DNA of 64,000 nt from Phormidium sp. GTDB taxonomy: Bacteria; Cyanobacteriota; Cyanobacteriia; Cyanobacteriales; Aerosakkonemataceae. A program made the position numbers and the translations under genes. Under the pieces are notes generated by a model. It was given only the letters and a program-made list of their open reading frames with translations, searched no databases and was not told where the DNA came from. Every line of letters begins with the position of its first letter. Positions within the stretch are counted from its first letter, which is position 1. This document shows positions 38,375-47,571 of the stretch, one piece after another. Location of the stretch: NCBI GenBank assembly GCA_051013385.1, contig CP143273.1, forward strand, positions 1,696,001 through 1,760,000. The letters are read 5' to 3'.

Positions 38375-38482
38375 TCTCCATCCACTCATCCCATTGTTAT
38401 GCTAAAAATAGCTAAGATTGTGAGTGGAAATAGATGTTGGTTTTCCTTGGGTTAAACTAAGCTATAAGGAAGGGCGATCGCA

Positions 38483-39004
38483 TTAGTGCGAAATACTAAC
38501 ATTACCAGAAGTAACAGTACCAGCAAAACTATCAGTTGGTTGATTACAAAGCTTTAGTGCCTCTTCTCTTGAAAGATCTACAACACGGATCTTGTCAGGA
38601 TTTTGATCTCTTATACCAACGAATAACCATTTACCTGTTGCAACCATTCTGGAAGAACCACCAATGATTGGACCCGCAAGAGTACCAACAGGAATGGTGT
38701 TATTCAAAAGAAAACTTCCTACACACTCAGCTCTAGCAACCATTTGGAGACCATCTTGTTCTCCTCTATATGAAAATGTGCCAGAGCCATTTCCAGATGA
38801 GCCGCCGGAGGCATTAATATTATATAGGAATGTTTTGCCTCCCGCTCTGGCGCGACCAGATCCTTGGATAGTGGTGGATTCATGGAATGTTCGACTAAAT
38901 ACTGCTTGACTGGAGGCTAATTGTGACTGTGCAACTATTGCCGCCGTTGCGAACACACCAAATGTAAGAAAAACTTGAACTTTGTTTATGCGAACTGATT
39001 TCAT
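38483..39004 (-). CDS. Hypothetical secreted protein
   Basis: 173-aa ORF with Sec-type signal peptide, Gly/Ser-rich beta content and two Cys. Confidence 0.7.
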   Translation of the reverse strand: MKSVRINKVQVFLTFGVFATAAIVAQSQLASSQAVFSRTFHESTTIQGSGRARAGGKTFLYNINASGGSSGNGSGTFSYRGEQDGLQMVARAECVGSFLLNNTIPVGTLAGPIIGGSSRMVATGKWLFVGIRDQNPDKIRVVDLSREEALKLCNQPTDSFAGTVTSGNVSISH

Positions 39005-39184
39005 ACGAATTCTTTTTATTCAGCAACTAAATTGAGCAGTAATGAATAATCGAAAGGGATCTGCCTAACTTGTAATTAGACCGTAAATGTAGTCCAACAC
39101 ACTCTTACAGGGGATAAAACAGCAAAAGCTACAATGTTAGCGATAATGCTACGCATCACTTACGCGATCGCACTGTGTTGAATA

Positions 39185-39820
39185 TCAATTGAATCTTGTT
39201 GTATTGCCACCTCCTCCTAAATTATTGCCGTCTGGACTTTTGTATACTCCTGCTCCACTAAAAGTTGTAATCACGCTGTCTGTGCCATTGATGCCTGAAC
39301 CTCGATCGCACAACATTTTTTTGACAAGCTGAGTCCCGTCATACACTCTTGTAGTCCTGCCACCACCACCCGGATTTTGACCATCTGGACTGTAGTAAAT
39401 TCCTGCTCCGTCAAATGCTGTGTAGAGTCCTCCCCGGCATACTAACATTGCTACTACCTTTTGTCCTAAGTAGAGCCGTCTAGTGCTTCCACCGCCACCA
39501 AGGTTTTGACCATCTGGACTGCGATAAATTCCACCGTTTTCAAATGCTGTGTAGATTGCGCCGTTGTATTGAACTATCGCCAAAGTCTGTTGTTTACCAT
39601 CATAAACTCGTACAGGATTGCCCCCGTTTGCAGGATAGAAGAATATGTGACGGTTTGGCTCAATACGAAATGAGCCTGCTGCTCGTGTTACATCGATCGT
39701 ACTTTGTGCTTGAGCATTGGGTAAGCTGTTGCTACAAACACTAGACATGGTTGCTAGTAAAATCAACCCAGTTGCAAAAATACCTGAAAGTTGCTTGGGC
39801 TTAATCGTTTTGGTAATCAT
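39185..39820 (-). CDS. Hypothetical secreted repeat protein
   Basis: Signal peptide (..AQAQ); three repeats of TxFxxxGxYxSPDGxNxGGGGxTxR. Confidence 0.78.
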   Translation of the reverse strand: MITKTIKPKQLSGIFATGLILLATMSSVCSNSLPNAQAQSTIDVTRAAGSFRIEPNRHIFFYPANGGNPVRVYDGKQQTLAIVQYNGAIYTAFENGGIYRSPDGQNLGGGGSTRRLYLGQKVVAMLVCRGGLYTAFDGAGIYYSPDGQNPGGGGRTTRVYDGTQLVKKMLCDRGSGINGTDSVITTFSGAGVYKSPDGNNLGGGGNTTRFN

Positions 39821-39930
39821 TGAGAATAAACTTGCTCTCGATCCAGACTAGCAATTAATTTTTCTGTTTACGCTGGCAAAAAATCTGGTAATTATCGGGA
39901 CTTTTCCAATTCATGATCTGCTCGAAAATG

Positions 39931-39970
39931 GGAAAATATGGGGAAATGTTGGGAAATGTGGGGAAACATT
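39931..39970. promoter_or_regulatory. Four 10-bp direct repeats in a divergent promoter
   Basis: GGAAAATATG GGGAAATGTT GGGAAATGTG GGGAAACATT. Confidence 0.55.
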
Positions 39971-40007
39971 GGATACAATACCACCAACCAGATATGTACC
40001 TGACTGT

Positions 40008-41402
40008 ATGAACCTTGAGGAAATGCTGAAACTCACAGACGAACTCGTATTTGCTAGAACAGGTAAGCACCTTAATGATTTGCAACAGATGATTATGCGA
40101 GGGACGTGGGAAAATGAGGAATACAAAGAAATTGCTCAAAAGGTTAAACTTTCCGAGGATCGTGTTAGAGAGGTAGGAATGGAATTATGGCAAATACTTT
40201 CACAAGAGTTGGGCGAAAAAGTTAAGAAATCAAATGTTAGATCGACAATGGAGAGGTTGCAAGTCTCCATATTTTCACATTTTGCACAAGACTATGTGCA
40301 AATTAGTACCGTTAACTTTTGTGGGGAAATTTTGCACCCACCAAATATCCCAAACTTACATCCACCTAAAGAGAAAACAGCTAACTCGAAACAAACTGAA
40401 ACTTCGCATCAAGATTTAAGCGAAATGCCGGAGTTAGGTACTTTTTATAATCGCACTCCCCAACTAGAAACCCTAAAAACATTAATCTTAGAACAACGCT
40501 GTCGCTTAATCACACTCACAGGAATCAGCGGTATCGGCAAAACTACATTAGCAGCGCAACTCGTACAACAAATAAAAGATGAATTTGACTATGTTATTTG
40601 GTGCAATTTTGAAACTTCTCCCACTTTAGCTGAATTTCAAGATAAACTAATCCAGTTTTTCTCACAACCAGAACAGTTAGATTCACCTGCAACTAACCAA
40701 AAACCTTTAACGTTACTTAAGTATTTACAAAAACATCGCTGTTTAGTAGTTATGGATGACATTCACAACCTTTTCAGTAGCGGTGAATTAGCAGGAAAGT
40801 ATAAACCTGGATATGAAGAATATCGCTGTTTATTTAAAAACATAGAAACATTATCTCATCAAAGTTGCTTTTTGTTAATTGGTTGGGAACAACCCAGAGA
40901 AGTGACTCAAGTTAAAAACCAAAATCCTGCTATTTGTACTTTACAACTTACTGGTTTAGATATTGAACCTGCACGGGAATTACTAAGAGATTACGGGTTA
41001 GGAGGAATTGAGAATTACTCAGCAATAATTGAACGCTACCAAGGCAACCCATTCTGGTTAAAAAGCGTGGGGAATCTGTTTCAAGAGTTGGGAGGAGGGG
41101 TAACTGAGATATTACAAAATGATACTATTTTATTACCGGAAGATTTGCAAGATAATTTACAGCAAACGGTTAGTCGCCTATCTGATTGGGAAAAAGAAGT
41201 GCTTTCTTTGATGGCAAGAGAAGGCGAGGGAATCAAATTGGTAAAATTACTAGAAAATGCCAAAATTCCCCCGGCAAATTTAGTTAATGTAGTGCAATCT
41301 TTATGGCGGCGCTGTTTGATAGAACAACAGGGAAATTGTTACATTTTGCCAGAGGTATGGAGGCAATATATTAAAGGTTTATGTAGGGACACGGCATCAT
41401 AG
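40008..41402 (+). CDS. HTH + NB-ARC (STAND) ATPase without WD40/TPR sensor
   Basis: N-terminal HLNDLQ..GTW..YKEIA...LWQILSQELGEKVKKSN; Walker A GISGIGKT; VVMDD; YQGNP; ATG 40008 preferred. Confidence 0.85.
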   Translation: MNLEEMLKLTDELVFARTGKHLNDLQQMIMRGTWENEEYKEIAQKVKLSEDRVREVGMELWQILSQELGEKVKKSNVRSTMERLQVSIFSHFAQDYVQISTVNFCGEILHPPNIPNLHPPKEKTANSKQTETSHQDLSEMPELGTFYNRTPQLETLKTLILEQRCRLITLTGISGIGKTTLAAQLVQQIKDEFDYVIWCNFETSPTLAEFQDKLIQFFSQPEQLDSPATNQKPLTLLKYLQKHRCLVVMDDIHNLFSSGELAGKYKPGYEEYRCLFKNIETLSHQSCFLLIGWEQPREVTQVKNQNPAICTLQLTGLDIEPARELLRDYGLGGIENYSAIIERYQGNPFWLKSVGNLFQELGGGVTEILQNDTILLPEDLQDNLQQTVSRLSDWEKEVLSLMAREGEGIKLVKLLENAKIPPANLVNVVQSLWRRCLIEQQGNCYILPEVWRQYIKGLCRDTAS

Positions 41403-41623
41403 ATATTTTGGACAAACAGATGAAAATTAATCATGCCGTGTCCCTACGGGTAAATCCAGATCGTCGTTATGTAGGGACACGGCATCATAGATATTTTGGA
41501 CAAACAGATGAAAATTAATTATGCCGTGTCCCTACGGGTAAATCCAGATCGTCGTTATGTAGGGACACGGCATCATAGATATTTTGGACAAACAGATGAA
41601 AATTAATTATGCCGTGTCCCTAC
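41383..41623. repeat. Three tandem REP-doublet (REPIN-like) hairpins, 88-bp period
   Basis: GTAGGGACACGGCAT...ATGCCGTGTCCCTAC units start at 41383, 41471 and 41559. Confidence 0.92.
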
Positions 41624-43974
41624 TGGAACGTTAATTTTCTGGCAGTTCCATCGTCTTGAAAGCGTTGTTCGCCAATGCCAACTACTTGTACAATTACTTC
41701 ACGAGTTGGTGGTTTCCATTCTCCTTGGCGTGCGGCAATTTCTACAATTATTTGTTGTTCTTGGTGGTAAACTTTGTAATTTGTTGTGGCATAAACACCA
41801 TTTTCATAAGCGAAAGTTTCGCCGTCGTCTTCATAGAAAGTTAACTCGCCAGTTGCACCTGGGTAAATTCGCAAAGTCAAAGGATCTAAGGGTTTTTCAT
41901 TTATATATTGCATGACAGGAGACATGGGAATTATTGCCCCTGCACGAACGAAAAGCGGCATTTTTTCTAAAGGTGCATCTGCTAAAATATGAGTTGAACC
42001 TTGATATTTTTCACCTGTCCACCAATCATACCAAATACCTGCGGGTAAGTAGACCGATCGACATTCCACCCCCGGACGATAAATTGGTGCAGCTAAGATG
42101 TTAGAACCGAGTAATACTTGATCGTAAAGATGATAAGTTTTCTGGTCATTTGGGTAATGATAAAGTAGCGGTCTTAAAATTGGTGCGCCAGTAGTTGCAG
42201 CTTCCCAAAAAAGTGTGTAAATGTAAGGGATTAGTTGATAGCGTAACTCGATATATTCTCGACAAATCTTTTCTACTCTTTCCCCAAAAACCCAAGGTTC
42301 ATGTCTTGCTGTACTTAACGCCGAATGTCCGCGCATTAATGGGTAAAGCATTCCTACTTGCATCCAACGGGCGAACATTTCCGCCGTTGCATTGCCAGCA
42401 AAACCGCCAATATCACAACCAACAAAGGCGACTCCTGATAATCCCATGTTACACAGCATAGGCAGGGACATTTCTAAATGTTCCCACAAAGATTGATTGT
42501 CGCCCATCCAAACTGATGACCATTTTTGGATGCCAGCAAAACCCGATCGCGTCAACACAAAAGAACGTTTTTCCCGATGTTTTTTCAACCCTTGAAAACA
42601 AGCTTTTGACATCGATAAACCATATAAATTATGTGCTTCGGCGTGGGTTGTGCGTTCATCTTTTGGGCCTTGGGGTGCATCTAAAGGAAACCAAATTTTA
42701 TTTCCTGGATCTCCGAAAGGGCGATCGTCTAAAGCGGGTTCATTCATATCGTTCCAAATGCCAGCAACCCCAATATCTGTGAGAGATTTTTGTAAGTCTC
42801 CCCACCAGTTTTGCACATGAGGATTGAGAAAATCAGGAAATACTGCTTTATCGGGCCAAACATAACCATGAAACAATTTTCCATCAGCTTTTCTGACAAA
42901 GCAATCTTGTTCGATTCCTTGGTCGAAAACATGGTAATCTGCTTCTGGTTCGTATTTGACTCCCGGATCGATAATGGTGACTGTTTTAAAACCATTGTTT
43001 GATAAATCTTGAATTAATTTTGCTGGTTGGGGGAAACGTTTCGGACTCCAAGTAAACACCCGATAACCGTTCATATAATCAATATCTAAGTGAATTACAT
43101 CGCAGGGAATTTTGCGCGATCGAAATTCTTCTGCTAACTCCCTAACTACTGTTTCTGATTCATAACTCCACCGACATTGATGATAGCCCAAAGACCATTT
43201 TGGCGGCATGGGCATTCTTCCCGTTAATTCTGTATAAGTGTTGAGAATTTCGGGAATTTCCGGGCCATAAATAATGTAATAATCTAACTCTGGGGCGTGA
43301 GATCCCATTTGCAAAATTCCCGGTTGTTGGGCACCAATATTAAATTGACTCCAAAAAGTAGTATTAAAGAAAATCCCATAAGCAAACCCTGTTTCCTGTT
43401 CATCGGGGCGCTGGGCAATAAAAAAGGGAATTGCTTGATACATTTCATCGGTAAGAATGCCGTAATCTAAAGCATCAACCGTCCAATTAGTTTTAATTTC
43501 ACTTAATTTATTAAGTAAACCTGTGCGTTCCCCAAAACCATAAAAGTTTTCGTTAGGTTCGATTTTTTTCCAAGCTGCAACGCTACCCATGCGCCAACCC
43601 ATATTTAACAGTGTATCTTGGGCGAAAGGACGGTTATTTTTATCAAAACAAGCGATCGCACAAGGTTGACGTTGAATGTAAACTCGAATTTGGTCGGTTT
43701 CAATCTCGATTTTTTCTGGTGTTTCGCGGATTTCAAATTTTACCTGTAACCATTTTGGATCGTCCTTAGTAATGGCCCAAGAACGACGGGGAAAAATGTC
43801 TCCAATTGGAGACATTTTTACTCGGACAAGGTTAGGTGCTAGGATAGCGATCGCCAAACTTGCCCCAACACACTCACATAAAACGCCACGTTCATCGCGT
43901 TTGACAGTTTGCACTGCCCCAATAGATGACCAAGCTTGTTCATTTATGGGTAATTGTCCGAAGTATTGTGGCAT
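41620..43974 (-). CDS. Glycoside hydrolase family 31 alpha-glucosidase
   Basis: HLDIDYM, IIDPG, nucleophile motif WNDMNEP, WMGDN, DIGGF. Confidence 0.94.
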   Translation of the reverse strand: MPQYFGQLPINEQAWSSIGAVQTVKRDERGVLCECVGASLAIAILAPNLVRVKMSPIGDIFPRRSWAITKDDPKWLQVKFEIRETPEKIEIETDQIRVYIQRQPCAIACFDKNNRPFAQDTLLNMGWRMGSVAAWKKIEPNENFYGFGERTGLLNKLSEIKTNWTVDALDYGILTDEMYQAIPFFIAQRPDEQETGFAYGIFFNTTFWSQFNIGAQQPGILQMGSHAPELDYYIIYGPEIPEILNTYTELTGRMPMPPKWSLGYHQCRWSYESETVVRELAEEFRSRKIPCDVIHLDIDYMNGYRVFTWSPKRFPQPAKLIQDLSNNGFKTVTIIDPGVKYEPEADYHVFDQGIEQDCFVRKADGKLFHGYVWPDKAVFPDFLNPHVQNWWGDLQKSLTDIGVAGIWNDMNEPALDDRPFGDPGNKIWFPLDAPQGPKDERTTHAEAHNLYGLSMSKACFQGLKKHREKRSFVLTRSGFAGIQKWSSVWMGDNQSLWEHLEMSLPMLCNMGLSGVAFVGCDIGGFAGNATAEMFARWMQVGMLYPLMRGHSALSTARHEPWVFGERVEKICREYIELRYQLIPYIYTLFWEAATTGAPILRPLLYHYPNDQKTYHLYDQVLLGSNILAAPIYRPGVECRSVYLPAGIWYDWWTGEKYQGSTHILADAPLEKMPLFVRAGAIIPMSPVMQYINEKPLDPLTLRIYPGATGELTFYEDDGETFAYENGVYATTNYKVYHQEQQIIVEIAARQGEWKPPTREVIVQVVGIGEQRFQDDGTARKLTFQ

Positions 43975-44141
43975 AGGTAAAGGAAATTTTGAATTTTATA
44001 TTTTTAAATTTAAAATTTGAATTTCTTTCTCTCACCTATCGTAAGGATGAAGAAGAGAAACCAGGATTATAATAGTTATTGTACTGGAACAATTGTTTGT
44101 AAAACTCCGTCTTGATAGTAGATATTACAATTATCAAATCT

Positions 44142-45725
44142 TTAATACCTAGTCAGAAACGGTCTGGTAGAAGTTCCACTGCGGACTTGAATAATAGCGG
44201 TTCCTTCGAGTTTAGAATGACGATCGCGAATCTCACGCACACTCAGGATTGGAGTGCGATCGCTTCCCGAAATTCCATGACTGCGGCTACCAATTGACCG
44301 ACCAACGCTAGTTGAAGGGTCAACGCGATCGCCAAAACTTTTTGATAGGAATTCGGCTGTTTCAACATCCACCCCTGGTAGGCAAATAGTGGTTGCACAA
44401 AGACCTGCAATCAAGCTTCCTTGATTCGGTTTTTCATTAGTATTGAATTGGCTGATACTTTGAGTGCTGAGGCAAAGTCCGACACCTGCTGCTCTCAATA
44501 TAGCAGCCGATTTTGGAAAATCAACTGTTTGCTGAAGGGCATGAGCTTCATCGGCAATAAAAGCTACAGGTTCACCACTTAAGCCAAAAGCATAGCGACG
44601 CAGCATGAGATTATTAAATATTCCTGCGATTAGTTGCGCCATTTGCTTTCCTGTTTCTTCTTCTGCCTCTGGCTGTCCTATTAAAGCAAACATTCGCACA
44701 CCTGGTTTATTAAAGTCTTGTAAGCGAAAGTCTGAGCGACCATCGCAAATACGAGATATATCAGGACGGTCAAAAAACTTTAGCTTATTCCGTAAGACAA
44801 AGGTTGCTTTATAAAAATCTGCATCGGAAATTCTCAGGTAATCGCTCAGAAGATTTTCACAATTTCTTTTTGTGTCCGATTTAAGAAAACCAAGCCGAAC
44901 TTTAGCAGCATCACGATCTAGGATTGTGGGCAGAATTTGACTGGGTTTTGGTAAAGGCTCTGTTTCTACTAGCAACCATAATATACCCTCAAGCCAACTT
45001 AGATCCCGCTCCCAGAAAATTCCTTGCTCTCCTGGTAATCTTTCTCCCAGTAAAGCTTTAGCAACAACTGCAATATCTTTATGTCGCTCTACAGGGTCAG
45101 TTGAAATTTCTTCAAAAAAGTTCCAGCGTTGTGATTCAGGGTCGCTGAGATTCCAATAACAGAATCGAGCGCCTGTCAATTCTGCATATTTATCTAAACC
45201 AAACTCACGCCTTAAATTTCCTTTCGCATCAATAGCAAAAACTGATTGAACTGAGATTAATTCCTTAATCCAAGGCACGATAAAACGGGTTGTTTTTCCC
45301 TTTTTAGGAGGGCCAATTAGTAAAATATGCTGTGGGAGTAGGTCTAGGGGTAGACCTAATTTTTGTCCATCCCGTCCGGTTGCATCTGTCGCCTGACCTA
45401 GTTTGATAGATGCCCCTGATGTGTATCTGAGGTGATAAAGATCTCCAATCGTTTCTATGCCTCGATAGTCCCATACATCTCTGTGATGTCTATCCGGTAA
45501 TTTTCCTTTTGAGCCTACAACTTTTTCAGAGCGCAATGCTTGCCAGTCTTTAAACTGCTCATAAAGCCACCTACTGCCTTTCCATAGTGCTTGTGCTGAC
45601 CACGCAATTCCCTTCAAAGTTATTCCCAGAAACCAGATATATAATCTGATCATAAAACCAAAAAATTGGAAAAAGTCGCGTTCCCAGCTACCCATAGTTA
45701 AAAACTCCACAACATTACTTATCAA
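44142..45725 (-). CDS. VirD4/TraD-like (type IV coupling protein family) membrane ATPase
   Basis: N-terminal TM; HILLIGPPKKGKT Walker A; IDAKG; RWNFF; FIADEAH Walker B; LSTQSISQ; TAEFLSKSFG. Confidence 0.82.
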   Translation of the reverse strand: MISNVVEFLTMGSWERDFFQFFGFMIRLYIWFLGITLKGIAWSAQALWKGSRWLYEQFKDWQALRSEKVVGSKGKLPDRHHRDVWDYRGIETIGDLYHLRYTSGASIKLGQATDATGRDGQKLGLPLDLLPQHILLIGPPKKGKTTRFIVPWIKELISVQSVFAIDAKGNLRREFGLDKYAELTGARFCYWNLSDPESQRWNFFEEISTDPVERHKDIAVVAKALLGERLPGEQGIFWERDLSWLEGILWLLVETEPLPKPSQILPTILDRDAAKVRLGFLKSDTKRNCENLLSDYLRISDADFYKATFVLRNKLKFFDRPDISRICDGRSDFRLQDFNKPGVRMFALIGQPEAEEETGKQMAQLIAGIFNNLMLRRYAFGLSGEPVAFIADEAHALQQTVDFPKSAAILRAAGVGLCLSTQSISQFNTNEKPNQGSLIAGLCATTICLPGVDVETAEFLSKSFGDRVDPSTSVGRSIGSRSHGISGSDRTPILSVREIRDRHSKLEGTAIIQVRSGTSTRPFLTRY

Positions 45726-46177
45726 TAGCGATTAAAGTATGATTCTCCTATTTCAGGAGTAATATTGCGATCAGGTTGTTCGCGATCTATTTTGCTTACT
45801 GCTATCCGCACAGCTAAATACTGAGCAAAACGTTCAGCAGCTTTGATATCTCGCCCCGCCTGAAGACTCTGTTCTAGTTCTTTCCGAGAGTTGTACGATT
45901 CAGTACTACCCATATTTTCCCAGCCGTGACCTTGGTCAATATAATATTCTCTACGCCACTTTCCTTGCTCGTCTTTACGATCAATATGAAGTGCAATTGT
46001 ATTTTCTCTTTTGCTATCCCAACACAAGCGATAATGTACTCCTCTCATCTCAGGATCGGGATCATTGGGATAGGGGTATAGTCTGTCACTTTCATATTTG
46101 TCCGAGAGAGTTTCTACCTCTAGGTTCCAGATGCGACCATGAGGGTCATCGAAGTAGGATAAATGTTCTTTTGTCAT
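45722..46177 (-). CDS. Hypothetical protein (151 aa)
   Basis: Co-oriented ORF; its stop overlaps the next TTG start by 4 bp; no recognisable motif. Confidence 0.75.
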   Translation of the reverse strand: MTKEHLSYFDDPHGRIWNLEVETLSDKYESDRLYPYPNDPDPEMRGVHYRLCWDSKRENTIALHIDRKDEQGKWRREYYIDQGHGWENMGSTESYNSRKELEQSLQAGRDIKAAERFAQYLAVRIAVSKIDREQPDRNITPEIGESYFNRY

Positions 46178-46254
46178 ATCTTTTTAGGTATTCTTATTTA
46201 AATAGTTGACAATAAAAATTATAGCAAATTAGTAAAAGTTTACTAATCCTAGTG

Positions 46255-47571
46255 TTACCAATGAATTGCCTGTGACAATATCACCCCTAATGCAATTCCT
46301 AACCCTATTATACAAGCTAAAATCATCACGGAAACTTCTTTATTTAAGCCTGCTATTTCCAGTTCGTTAGTTTTTGTTGTTAGTTCATAAAAAATGAATT
46401 TAAATAGGCTGATCCATATTGTAATTCCCCAACTTATTGATGCTCCAGCTAAGCTTGAAAACAAGACACCAAGTGGAGCAAGAACTAGAAAAAATTGTTC
46501 GTCTGGAACATTACCAAATAGAAACGAAATGTATCCAAATCCTGAAAAAAGTAATGCGAATAAAAATGCAATACCTATAGCTACAGGCCCGAATATTACT
46601 CCCGCTATAAATGAAGATCGAGTATCAAATACGCAACTTGAACGATAAATACGGTTAGCTTCATCTGCGGCTGCTAAACACAGGAAAACAAAAGCAAAAA
46701 GCTTGGTAATTAGTAAACTTGCACCGAATACGTAACCGAACAACTTAATTAGGGATAAAAGAGCTTCTCTTTGTGTCTCTTTGCGTCTGCGGGCTTCCTC
46801 TTCTCTTCTCCGTTTAGCCTCAGCCTTTTCTCTGAGAGCAGCCTTTTCTCTGGCAGCAGCAGCTTCCTTTTCAGCTTTTTCTTTGGCAGCCTTTTCTCTG
46901 GCAGCAGCAGCTTCCCTTTCGGCTTTTTCTTTGGCAGCCTTTTCTCTGGCAGCAGCAGCTTCCCTTTCGGCTTTTTCTTTGGCAGCCTTTTCTCTGGCAG
47001 CAGCAGCTTCCCTTTCTGCCTCATGCTGCTCTTTTTGCGCTCTTAGTAATCCCAAATCTGCCTGTACTCTAAGCTTAAATTCCTCATCAGCGGTGATATC
47101 AATAGCTTGTTTAAAATAACTTTCTGCTTTGTCTAACTTTTCAGCCTCTACAAGTTGGAGTGCCAACGCATAAGCTAGTTCTGCGTAGATGTTTCGACAG
47201 TCCGAATCATCAGGAAACAGTTCATACAGATTCTTGGCTACCCTTAGAGCCCCTTCCAAGTCAGCATTATTAACAAGTTCTTGAATCTGTCGAATTAATT
47301 CTTGTTTTTTGCTCTCAGCACCAGCTTTCTGCAATTCCCAGTCATAGATTCGCCTTTGCTCTGCGTCTTTTAAAGCTTCGTATGCTTCATTAAGCCTCTT
47401 AAACTCTTCCTCAACAGCTTTTTTTGCCCGCTCAGTAGTTCCTGGCGGTAGCTTATCAGGATGGAGATCTTGAGCTAATTTTCGGAAAGAATTTTTAATC
47501 TCCTCAGAACTAGCTGTAGGTGATACACCGAGAATTTCATAATAGTTTAGCTTATCGCTACCATTAGGCAT
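46255..47571 (-). CDS. J-domain (DnaJ) protein with TPR, charged helical repeat and C-terminal TM segments
   Basis: NYYEILGV...LHPDK...FKRLNEAYEAL; TPR-like helices; EREAAAAREKAAKEKA repeats; about 4 hydrophobic segments. Confidence 0.88.
   Translation of the reverse strand: MPNGSDKLNYYEILGVSPTASSEEIKNSFRKLAQDLHPDKLPPGTTERAKKAVEEEFKRLNEAYEALKDAEQRRIYDWELQKAGAESKKQELIRQIQELVNNADLEGALRVAKNLYELFPDDSDCRNIYAELAYALALQLVEAEKLDKAESYFKQAIDITADEEFKLRVQADLGLLRAQKEQHEAEREAAAAREKAAKEKAEREAAAAREKAAKEKAEREAAAAREKAAKEKAEKEAAAAREKAALREKAEAKRRREEEARRRKETQREALLSLIKLFGYVFGASLLITKLFAFVFLCLAAADEANRIYRSSCVFDTRSSFIAGVIFGPVAIGIAFLFALLFSGFGYISFLFGNVPDEQFFLVLAPLGVLFSSLAGASISWGITIWISLFKFIFYELTTKTNELEIAGLNKEVSVMILACIIGLGIALGVILSQAIHW
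46838..47016. repeat. Intragenic 48-bp tandem repeat (about 3.7 copies)
   Basis: GCAGCCTTTTCTCTGGCAGCAGCAGCTTCC... units start at 46838, 46886, 46934 and 46982. Confidence 0.88.

Noticed and set aside
41383..41623. 88-bp periodic array as a CRISPR
   Set aside because: Intervening sequences are essentially identical; the structure is a GTAG REP doublet
46394..47119. Several alternative-frame ORFs over the J-domain gene
   Set aside because: Shadows of the 48-bp low-complexity repeat and of the antisense strand
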